A stretch of DNA of 46,566 bases from Chiloscyllium plagiosum (Eukaryota): NCBI RefSeq assembly GCF_004010195.1, contig NC_057720.1, forward strand, positions 17,230,603-17,277,168. The letters are read 5' to 3'. This document shows, in pieces, positions 36,240-46,566 of this stretch (the stretch's first letter is position 1; every line of letters begins with the position of its first letter). Both the position numbers and the translations under genes were made by a program. The notes below the pieces were generated by a model. It did no database searches, was not told the DNA's origin, and was given only the letters and a program-made list of their open reading frames with translations.

Positions 36240-38990
36240 CTGAAATGCATCTACTTTAAATGCAAGGAGTATAGTGTGTAAGGCAGATGAACTTAGGGCT
36301 TGGATTGGTGCCTAGGAGTGTGACATTAATTGCCATCACAGAGACTTGGTTGAGGGAAGGGCATGATGATTGGCACCTAAATGTTCCAGGATATAGATGT
36401 TTCAGACAGGACAGGGAGGGAAGTAAAAGAGGGGGTGGAGTTGCATTGCTGGTCAGGGACGATATCACGGCTGTGCTAAAGGAGGACACTATGGCGGTTG
36501 TGGGTAGTGAGGCATTATGGGTGGAGCTTAGAAATAAGAAGGGTGCAGTTACATTGTTGGGACCTCCCAAAAGTGAGCGTGAGGTAAAAGAACAAATAGG
36601 TAAACAGATTATGAATAAATGTAGAGGCAATAGGATAGTGGTGATGGGAGATTTTAATTTTCCCAACATTGACTGGGATACACTTAGCATTAGAGGTCTG
36701 GATGGAGTAGAATTTGTACGAAGCGTCCAGGAGGTTTTTCTAGAGCAGTATGTCAATAGTCTGATGAAGGAAGGGACCATATTGGACATGGTACTGGGAA
36801 ACGAGCCAGGACAAGTGGTAGAAGTTGTGGTTGGGGATTTCTTTGGGAACAGTGACTCCAATTCTGTAAGTTTTATAATATTTGTAGATAAAGAGAGTGG
36901 CCCTAAGGGAAGAGTGCTAAACTGGGCCAAGGCGAATTATATCAAAATTAGGCAGGAGTTGTGAAATGTGGATTGGACACAGCTATTTGAAGGGAAGTCC
37001 ACATTTGAGATGTGGGAGGATTTCAAAGATAGGTTACTGGCAGTGCAGGACAGGCATGACCCATTGAAGGCAAAGGATAGGAAGGGCAAGAATCGTGAAC
37101 CGTGGATGACAAGAGAAATTGTACAACTAGCTAAAATGAAAAGGGAAGCGTACATAAGGTCTAGGCAGCTGAGAACAAAACGGGTCCTGGAGGAATATCA
37201 GAAGAGTAGGACAAGACTTAAACAAGGAATCAAGCAGGCTAAAAGGGGTCATGAAATAGCTTTAGCAAGCAGAATTAAGGAAAATCTCAAAGCATTTTAT
37301 TCTTATATAAGAAGCAAGCAGGTAACTAGAGAAAGGATTGGTCCACTAAAAGATAATGAAGGAAGGCTGTGTGCCAAACCTGAGAGAATGGGAGAGATTC
37401 TGAATGATTACTTTGCATCAGTGTTCATTGAGGAGAAGAAATTAATGAATGTTGAGATTTGAGATAGAAGTTTGATTAGTCTGGATCATGTTGGCATAAG
37501 GAAGGAAGATATGTTGGGTAGGCTCGAGGTTAAGGTGGACAAATCCCCATGACCGGATGGGATCTATCCCAGGTTGCTGAGGGAGGTGAGAGATGAAATA
37601 GCTGGGGCCCTGACATATCTTTGTTGCATCCTTAAATACAGGTGAGGTGCCGGAGGACTGGACGATTGCTCATGTTGTCCCCCTGTACAAGGGTAGTAGG
37701 GATATTCCAGGTAACTACAGACCAGTGAGCCTGACGTCAGTAGTGGGGAAGTTGCTGGAGAAGGTACTGACAGATAGGATCTATTTATATTTGGAAAGAA
37801 AGGAGCTTATCGTTGATAGGCAACATGGTTTCGTGAGGGGGAGATCATGCCTTACCAACTTAATAGAGTTCTTCGAGGAAGTGACCAAGTTGATAGATGA
37901 AGGAAGGGCTGTTGATGTCATATACATGGGTTTTAGTAAGGCATTTGATAAGGTTCCCCCATTGTAGACTAATGGAGAAAGTGAAGTCACATGGTGTGCA
38001 AGGTGTTCTAGCTAGGTGGATAAAGAACTGGTTGAGCAACAGGAGACAGAGAGTATTAGTTTTTAGGGAGTTTCTCAAAATGGAGAAAGGTGACCAGTGG
38101 TGTTCCATAGGGGTCAGTATTGGGGCCACTGTTGTTTGTAATATACACAAATGATCTAGAAGAGGGCACTGTTGGTATGATCTGCAAGTTTGCAGATGAC
38201 ACAAAGATTGGTAGAGTGGCAGAAAGCATAAGGGACTGTCAGAGAATATAGGAGGATATACATGGACTGGAGAATTGGGCGGAAAAGTGGCAGATGACTT
38301 TCAATCCAGACAAAATGTGAGGTGATGCATTTAGGCAAGCCTAATTCTAGAGCGAATTATACAATGAATGGAAAAGCCTTAGGAAAAGCTGATGGGCAGA
38401 GAGATCTGGGAGTGCAGGTCCATTGTACCCTGAAGGTTGCTGCACATGTAGATAGTGTGGTCAAGAAGGCATATAGTATGCTTGCCTTCAATGGACAAGG
38501 TATTGAGTAGAAGACTGGCAAGTCATGTTAAAATTGCACAAGACATTGGTTCAGCTGCATTTAGAATACTGTGTACAGTTCTGGTCGCCACATTACCAAA
38601 AGGATGTGGACGCTTTGAAGAGGGTGCAGAGACAGTTTAAGAGGATGTTGCCTGGTATTAAAGGTGCTAGCTATGAAGACAGGTTGAGTAGGTTAGGTTT
38701 ATTTTCACTAGAAAAAAAAAAGGAGATTGAGGGGGGGACCTGATTGAGGTTTACAAAATCATGAAGGGTATAGACAGGGTGGATTGAGACAAGCTTTCTC
38801 TCAGGGTGAAGGATTCAATAACCAGGGGTCATGCTTTCAAAGTGCGAGGTGGAAAGTTTAAGGGTGATACACATGGCAAGTACTTCACACAGAGGATGTT
38901 GGGCGTTTGGAACTTGTTGCCAGCAGAGGTGGTAAAGGGAGGCATGGTAGATTCATTCAAGATGCGTCTGGACAGATACAGGAGTAGGTG
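36240..38990 (+). pseudogene. CR1 ORF2 remnant: apurinic endonuclease plus reverse transcriptase
   Basis: IAITETWL, GGGVALLV, MGDFNFP, PGNYRPVSLTSVVGKLLE, QHGF..GRSCLTNL, KFADDTK (aagtttgcagatgacacaaag), LEYCVQFWSP; multiple frame breaks. Confidence 0.92.
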
Positions 38991-40309
38991 GGGAGCAGAG
39001 GGATACAGATGCTTAGGAATTGACTGACAGGTTTAGACAGTACATTTGGATCGGCTCAGGCTTGGAGGGCCGAAGAGCCTGTTCCTGGGCTGTAAATTTT
39101 CTTTGTTCTTATATAGTAAACAATGAAAATGGTTAATAAAAAAAACTCTTAAAAACAGTCAAAACACAGATTGCAGAAAAAAAACACTTGAATTTAAAGA
39201 CCTCCAATGTAATGAGTTTGGTGTTGGGGGTATTTAATCACGCAAAAGGCTCAGAAAGTAGACCATGCCACCCTCCTGCCTCTATTACAATTCAGCTCAC
39301 AGTGGGAAGGTTGTGGACTGTCTTCCCATCCCCCACCACTCAAGCTGGAAGTCCCAAAAACAAATTTTGTTGACATTACTCGTAGGTTTCTGAGAGAGGT
39401 AATTTTCATTAAAAGGCAGCCAGCATTTGATTGAGATCCAGCTATTAGGGAAACAAGCCATCATCAATCCCATCACCTTTCCCATGCCATGCCCAAAACT
39501 TGCACCAGTACTGGGCCACTCCACGATCCTAGATTTGGGTGGTATGATTTGTTCCTTTAGATGCTGGACATGCTGTAGGGAAATGAGATAGTGAGTTATT
39601 TGTTGAAGAATTCTTTCTTTAGCTTTTGAAAACTTCTGTTAGCTTTTTATCTGAGATTGCTTAACAAAAGTGTATCTAAAATATTAAGGGATATGGAGCA
39701 AAGACAGGTATGGGTATAGAGAATTAGGCAACGATTCAGTCATGATCTCATTGAATGGAGGAACATCCTTGGGGGCTGAATGGTCCGTTCCTGATCTCAT
39801 GTTTCCATGCCATATTGTTATCAAACAATTATTTATAGTTAATGCTGGCATCTTGGTAAAAATAGTGCTAAAACGCTTGTGAATGGATTATATATGTGTT
39901 GGTTGTGCTAACCTGATTTATCTTATTAGCATGGGAAGAGGCTTGAAAAGGAAAAATTATTTTGACTTTGAATGATGTTTATTAAAGTCTACATGATCTA
40001 TATTATATGTTTGAAATTATAAATGTCTTTGTTCGAAATTACATGAAAGAGTTTTCTATTCGTGACCAAAGTTAGGTGTTTCTCAAATGTTTGTGGTTAA
40101 CATTTTTTTAAAAAACTGACAGTGCTTTATGAATAAAAATGTACAAAGTTTTTTTTAAAGCCATTATGCTATACAAATTACAGATCACATGAAATAGATG
40201 GGAGATGCATCAATGAAATTTAATTTAATATTTGCAAAACATTTGGATTAGAAAGTATTTGTCTGGACTTGTTTGTGATTTGAAACACACTGTTTGAAAC
40301 ACCCACCAC

Positions 40310-40606
40310 AGCACAGTGGCTCAGTGGTTAGCACTGCTGCCTCACAGCACCAGGGACCCAGGTTCGATTCCTGCCTCTCCCTGTGTCTGTGTGGGTTTCC
40401 TCTGGGTGCTCTGGTTTCCTCCCACAATCCAAAGATGTGCAGGTTAGATGAATTGGCCATGCTAAATTGCCTATAGAGTTAGTGCATTAGTCAGGGGTAA
40501 ATATAGAGTAGGGGAATTGGTCTGGATGGGTTACTCTTCGGAGGGTCGACATGGACTTGTTGGGCTGAATGGCCTGTTTCCATACTGTAAGGAATCTAAA
40601 CTAATC
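40310..40606 (+). mobile_element. HE1-type SINE
   Basis: gcacagtggctcagtggttagcactgctgcctcacagcaccagggacccaggttcgattcc (A/B boxes) plus the HE1 core and tail. Confidence 0.9.
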
Positions 40607-40809
40607 AAAAAAAGGTATTGAGTATTTTTTTGTTTTTGTTTTAGTCAATTACTACAGTATTGTCTTCCAAACTAGTTAAATCCCCTCCCTGATTATATAC
40701 TTGTGTTCTTCCTCAAACTGTCTCCGGGTATTCCTTGCTGTAACACTTTCATAATGTTTATTAAGTAATGTACGATTTTGAAATATTTTTGCTTATTATT
40801 TCATTCAAA

Positions 40810-40897
40810 TTAGATTAGATTAGATTACCTACTGTATGGAAACAGGCCCTTCAGCCCAACAAGTCCACACCAATCCTCCGAAGAGCAACCCACCCAG
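40810..40897 (-). mobile_element. HE1 SINE/CR1 3' tail fragment
   Basis: (TTAGA)n followed by the reverse complement of the HE1 3' end. Confidence 0.8.
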
Positions 40898-41095
40898 CAT
40901 CTAAAGGAACAAGTCACGAATGTGATTGAATACTCTCCATGTGCTAGATGAGTGCAGCTCCAACATGCAAGAACCTCAACACCATCTAAGATAAAGCAGG
41001 CCACTCAAGTGGCACACCATTCAACACCTGAAAACATTCTCTCCCTCCAACACCAGTGCACAGTGGCATTGCGTGTACCAGTTACAAGAAGCACT
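40898..41095 (+). mobile_element. Old LINE ORF2 C-terminal fragment
   Basis: gaatactctccatgtgctagatgagtgcagctccaaca (EYSP..W.SA-like). Confidence 0.5.
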
Positions 41096-41099
41096 TATT

Positions 41100-41200
41100 T
41101 AGCAATGGTAATGTCCCTACCTCTGGATCAAAATACCTGGGTTCGAGTCACAACTGGACCAGAAATGTATAATGGCAAATCTGAACAGGTTAGTTAAAAA
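41100..41200 (+). mobile_element. Short tRNA-derived SINE-like unit
   Basis: tggtaatgtccctacctctgg...ctgggttcgagtc...tctgaacaggttag, followed by an A-rich tail. Confidence 0.6.
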
Positions 41201-42469
41201 AAAATTAAAATAGTTTGCAAAGTCCACTTGCAACAGTCAGTTGATTAACTGGTATGTTACAGAACTTACAGGCTTAAACAATAATCTCTCCTTTGAGAGA
41301 AACTGATAATTTATTTGTATGTATCAACAGCTCCATGCACTTAAAACACACAAAATTGAGCTAATTTATATTTGTAGCTCAGGAAAAAAGGCCAATAATG
41401 GATTCATGCCCATCTGATACAATCAAGCGAACAATACTTTTTTGGCAAGAGCAGGTGGATCTCTTGACTAAACAAGAAGCTGTTGTTAATCAAACACTGG
41501 TAACAGAATAGTCAAAACTGCAGAGTTCACTTATGCTTCTGTAGGACAGAAGATTTTTTTCTGACATACTATTCCTACCTGAGTTATGACTTTGATGGCT
41601 GACCATATTTTTATTCACTAAGAGATTTCCTTTTCAAATTGAATAATTTGAGAAGAAATCGTCTTGCACCTGTGCATTTTTGCATTATGGTTGGAGAGAG
41701 TAAACATCTTAAACTATAACGCACTTAAACAAAAAGAATACGAAATTTTAAAAGAGCCAGTTCAGGTAGGAGCTTCATTGCCATGAACACTTCTGATCAA
41801 CAAATGAAGAATCAAGAACTTTTCAAACCAAGACACTCCAACTGGAAAAAAAATGATGAAATGAAGATTAGCGATTTGGAATCTCAAATGTCTGGATTTT
41901 AAAAACCATCAAAAAGAAAGAAAAATCTTAAGCAATAAAGTAGTCCCCGGGTTGAGGTTCTATGAAAGGATCAATTAGAGCTAAGCACAAGTTTTCGGTT
42001 AACTAAAGCAAGTATTTAGAATGGAAGAGTAGCATTTTGAATAATTACTTGAACCTTATGTAGAACAAATAAACAGTCAAGGGAGAACTGTTAATAAATA
42101 TTAGTACATCTGGAAAAGATTTTTTTTGAAACTTATCACCTTGCATTTTGTAAATAAACCAATCAAATGAACTAATTCCTTTCATAATGTGACAGACTTT
42201 TCATCAATACATTATAGTAATTCAGTAGTGCAATAAGCATTCATGTGCAAATGTTTCTTAGAACTTTACTGTATTGATTCTATGCCCATTAACTAGTAAT
42301 TTTCCAAGCAGCGAGAACAATACTTATGTTTACCTTCTCAAAAAAATATCAAAAACCACCAGGAGAGATCCCTACATTTTCACCGTTTCTAATAGAACAA
42401 GCGTTCCATTATAGCTCAAAGTAGAATCAATAAAAAGAGAAATTTACAACCAATATAGTTTCTTACACT

Positions 42470-42980
42470 AGAAGAACAGTATTAGCTTTATTGCCACATG
42501 TACTCAAATGACCACAGTGAAAATTGAACAAATCACCATTTACAGTACCACCTTAGGTAAAAAGATATGTAGGTACAGGTTCTTAAGTACAAATTCTAAG
42601 GAGAAAAAAAAAATTAGAAAAATTAAAATAAAAAGTAATAGTCCTTCCAACCCGGTTCACGTCACACCTAGCCTCTAGTTTGCACTTGGGCCTTGACTCG
42701 AGGCTCCCAAGGACAGGAGACAGCTCCAGAATCAGAGGCCGGAAGTCCAGGCTGAGGCCTTACTGAGCTGCAGAGAGTCAGCACACTAGAATGCTGGGGT
42801 ACAGCCACAGCAGGCCAAGAGGTGCCCCACACCGAGCCGAAATATTGCCATACCACTCCGTGCTGAGGCCAAGAGTCCGAGCCCAGGACATGACCGACAA
42901 AACAAATGGGGAAAAAAAAAACACGAAAAAAGAAAAGCAAAGGATGGAATAGATGAGCTCCAGCTGAGAACTCCTATTCC
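42470..42980 (-). mobile_element. Non-coding element with a Rex1-like 3' tail
   Basis: tttattgccacatgtactc...cacagtgaaaa resembles the reverse complement of the Rex1 3' end at 18776-18810; GC-rich body without an ORF. Confidence 0.45.
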
Positions 42981-42984
42981 TTTT

Positions 42985-43480
42985 GATACAGGTGTCACGC
43001 ATGATATTAGTTAACAAAACTTGAGAGGATGGGATTGGGATAATGTGCCAATATGGGTTGAACATTAGTTAACCAGTACAAAACAGAGTAGGCATGAAAG
43101 AATTATTTTCTTATTATAGGCTGAATTACATATATGGAATACAGCAAGGATCAGTGGTAAGTCATAGCCATTCATGATTTTAACATTTTGTTATGAGGAA
43201 ACCAATTGTAATGTTTCCAAATTTGCTGATCACAATACTGGATGGAAAATGCAAGTTGAGAAGAGATTACAAGAAAGCTTCAGAAAATTTGGACAGGGTT
43301 AAGTGCATGGACTCAAATATGGCAGATGGAATGTAATTTGAATGTATGTAAAAAGTTAATCGACTTGGGCAGAAAGAATATTTTCAAACAGTGAGAGGTT
43401 TGTAAATGCCAGTGCCCAATGGGTGATGTTATTCATGAGTCATTAAAGAACATAGTGAAAATAGATGATCAATATTCAAC
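42985..43480 (+). mobile_element. Ancient CR1 RT fragment
   Basis: tccaaatttgctgat (SKFAD), tggcagatggaa (WQM), caaggatcagtg (QGSV). Confidence 0.6.
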
Positions 43481-45019
43481 TTCCATCCTTTGACTTTAAT
43501 GCCAGAGGTTTTCCTGGGCTAAAAAATAGTTTTAAAAGGAAAGACAAATACTAATCTAAAATGGCTGATGTGATCATCTGACTATCGAGTCAAGCTTATG
43601 AAACTATCAATAAACAAGTATCAGTCTGAACCAAAAAAAGATGGTTATAAAAGGGCACGGAAATGCAGATCTGCATTTTCCGATAGATATGCATCTTTCT
43701 GGAAGTCACACGTTGGAGGTGAAAGGTTATCTGCAAAGCATTCAGCTTGAAAAACAAAAATCATTACACTCAGGAATTACATAAATTGAGCTTTATCAAC
43801 AGCAGTTTCTAACCAGCAGAGAAGAGACAAGGAAAAACAGATCTGAACAAAAACTGGAAGGTACTCCCTCTGCCTGCCTTGCTCAAGCTCAAGTGCACAA
43901 GCCACCAGGTTAAAAGGAACCCCCTTCCCCCTTCAGAATTAAATGACACTCACTAGACAAAGCTTTTGAATTAGTTCACTTTCATTTTTGATCTGGTAAC
44001 CAAGTTTAATTGTGTGATAGCTATGTGCTTTGAAAAAACAAAGGACATTTTAAAAAAAAAAGGGTGTTGTGAACCTTTACCACTGATCAGAACACTAAAA
44101 CCTAACATGCAGATACAACAAGGAATTAGGAAAACAGATGGCATATTGTCTTCAATGCAAGAAGTTTTGAACATTTAAATAAAGACATCTTGCTGCAATT
44201 TTAACACACCTTGGTGAAGCCACACCTAATGTATTTAAGTAGTTTTAGTCTCCTTATTTCAGGAAGGAAATATTTGCCATAGAATGAGTGTGATAGGTTC
44301 ACCAGACTAATAGTTGATAATGATCAGAGATTGAGAACATTGGGTTTGTATTCTGTAGAGTTTTGAAGAATGAGCTGCAATCTCATTGAAATGTTTGAAA
44401 ATGTTGTCACAGCACAACAGGGTGGATGTCGATAGAGTGCCTCCCCTAGCTGGTCAGTCTTGAACTAAAGAACATAATCTTCAACTAAGGGATTTAAGAC
44501 ATAGATGAGGAGGAATGTGGAGGGTGCGCTGTGAGGATGATGCAGAAATGCTTCAGTGCAATTGGACAAGCTGAGTGAGCAAATGCATGGCAGATGAAGT
44601 AAAATGTGGATAAATGGGAGGTTATCAACTTTCGCAACAAAAACAGAAAGGCAGATTATTATCTGAATGGCAATAGATTAGGAAAGAGAGAGGTGCAATG
44701 AGACCTGGGTGCCCTTGCATGCCAAAAATCACTGAAAGCAAACAGACAGAGGTAGAAGGAGGTAAAGGTGTTGTATGTTGGCCTTGATAGCAAGAGGTTT
44801 AGAGTATAGGAGCAGGGATGTCTTGTTGTAATTCTATAGGGCCTTATTGAGACCATACCTGGAGCATTGTGTGCAGTTTGATCTCCTTATCTGAGAAAGG
44901 ATGTTCTGACTATGGAGGGAGTGCAACATACATTTACCAGACTGATTCCTGGGATAGTAGGACTGATGTATGAAGCCAGAGTGTATTGGTTAATGTTTTA
45001 TTCACTAGAATCTAGTTCA

Positions 45020-45990
45020 GGGTGGCATGGTGGCTCAGTGGTTGGCACTGCTGCCTCACAGCACCAGGGACCCAGGTTCAAGTCTAGCCTCAGGCGACTG
45101 TCTGTGTGGAGTTTGCACATTCTCCCAGCGTCTGTGTGGGTTTCCTCCGGGTGCTTCGGTTTCCTCCCACAATCCAAAGATGTGCAGGTTAGGTGAATTG
45201 GCCATACTAAATTGCTCATAGCATTCAGGGATGTGTGGTTAGGTGCATTAGACAGGAGTAAAGAGAGTAATGGTGTAATGTTAAAAAAATTAAATTAGAA
45301 TATCTCTCTGGACATTGATGTAATATTAAAAAAAGAGTTAAACTGCACTGAGTGAACATTCTGGAAGTGCGTGGGGATGACATTCATGCAGGATTGCGAA
45401 TCACCCACACCCTAAAAAGACTCATTTGCTACTACTCCCCTGCTATTATTAAATAAACTATCACTCAATCCGTCGCATTCAGAAATGCTTTTCAGCCATC
45501 CTGCGAAGCTAGGACACCTCACATCTGCATGGTCTTGGGGAATCAGTGTGTCAGGCAATTATCTGCATAACAATTCCCCAAGATTAGGGCATTGGTATTT
45601 GCATTATCTCAGAGGATAATCGCATCCTATTATTGTATCTGGGGTAACATGTGACTGTGAGTAACTGAGGGTTGGCTTGAGTGGCATGTGACTGGGGGAG
45701 TGGCCAGAGTATCTGTAAGCATTGCAACTGCCTGCACAAAGGGGATGTGTTTTCTGTGTGCAGTGCCTCTCTTTGGACTCAACATCACGGGGGGGGGGGG
45801 GGGTTAAAAGGGGTCACCTAGCTTGTACAGGCTTTAATAAACTTTAACTGTTTGCAGAAGTCGGTGTGCGCGAATTGCATCTCATGTGTGAAACCTCAGG
45901 AAAAGAACTTAATGGGTTTGAGTGGGACTCGGAGGGTCGGTGTGGACTTGTTGGGCCGAACAGCCTGTTTTCACACAGTAGGGATTCCAA
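45020..45990 (+). mobile_element. HE1-type SINE split by an insertion at 45274-45910
   Basis: Head and core at 45020-45273; the 3' part resumes at 45912 (atgggtttgagtggg...cggagggtcggtgtggacttgttgggccgaa). Confidence 0.88.
45274..45910 (+). mobile_element. Probable solo LTR inside the HE1 SINE
   Basis: Starts TGTAATG; AATAAA at about 45836; flanked by aatgg (45269-45273, 45911-45915); terminal CA not preserved. Confidence 0.6.
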
Positions 45991-46142
45991 GATAAATACT
46001 GGAAGGATGTTCCTAATCATCTGGGAAGTCCAGATCAGGGGTCACAGTTTAAAAAGGATACAGAGTAGGCCATTTAAGACTGAGATGAAGAGAAAGGTCT
46101 TCTCCAAGCCAGTGGCGAGCCTATGGGATTCACTGCCACAAC

Positions 46143-46566
46143 AAAATAGACAATAGACAACAGATGCAGGAGTAGGCCATTCAGCCCTTCAAGCCTGCAC
46201 CGCCATTCAATATAATCATGGCTGATCATTCCTAATCAGTATCCTGTTCCTGCCTTATCTCCATAACCCTTGATTCCACTATCTTTGAGAGCTCTATCTA
46301 ACTCCTTCTTAAATGAATCCCGAGAGTGGGCCTCCACTGCCCACTGTGGCAGAGCATTCCACACAGCCACCACTCTCTGGGTGAAGAAGTTTCTCCTGAG
46401 CTCTGTCCTAAATGGTCTACCCCGTATTTTTAAGCTGTGTCCTCTGGTTCGGCACTCACCCATCAGTGGAAACATGTTTCCTGCTGCCAGAGTGTCCAAT
46501 CCTTTAATAATCTTATATGTCTCAATCAGATCCCCTCTCAACCTTCGAAACTCAAGGGTATACAAG
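46143..46566 (-). mobile_element. Relatively intact CR1 LINE 3' end (continues beyond the window)
   Basis: Open frame YTLEFRRLRGDLIETYKIIKG...RTRGHSLKIRGRPFRTELRRNFFTQRVVAVWNALP; (CAATAGA)-type tail. Confidence 0.93.

Larger units (their letters stand above)
34935..39110 (+). mobile_element. Near full-length decayed CR1-clade LINE (5' boundary approximate)
   Basis: ORF1 and ORF2 remnants in the expected order; 3' UTR ending ggagggccgaagagcctgttcctgggctgtaaattttctttgttctt. Confidence 0.95.
44175..46142 (+). mobile_element. Stacked CR1 fragments (about 44175-44515, 44515-45015 and 45990-46142) with a nested SINE and LTR
   Basis: MEGVQHTFTRLIPG, RGHSLK..RPFKTEMKRKVFS..VASLWDSLPQ. Confidence 0.8.

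Overview
Eukaryotic, repeat-rich intronic DNA, most likely from a shark (inferred from HE1-type SINEs and the CR1, Rex1 and Penelope repeat set). There is one recognisable protein-coding exon, on the minus strand at 13771-13988. It matches the first orphan-domain exon of TGFBR3/betaglycan and is about 11 aa longer than the human exon because its 3' end is tandemly duplicated. The rest is intron filled with nested retroelements: a near full-length decayed CR1 (about 34935-39110), many CR1/L2 fragments, a Rex1 LINE, SINEs, three probable solo LTRs, and two families of Penelope-like elements (PLEs). The PLE terminal repeats carry minimal hammerhead ribozyme motifs (CUGANGA...GAAACGUC). Five PLE insertions share one fold-back architecture: direct-repeat target site, inverted arms and usually a one-sided tail (34-37 nt in the two cleanest copies). 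They include a perfect 94-bp palindrome and a ~445-bp inverted repeat. Other notable items are an old local duplication of a ~330-bp non-coding segment, a probable 3'-transduction and a tandem cluster of tRNA-derived units. Repeat family names come from motif recognition, not database searches, and boundaries are approximate unless a target-site duplication (TSD) defines them.
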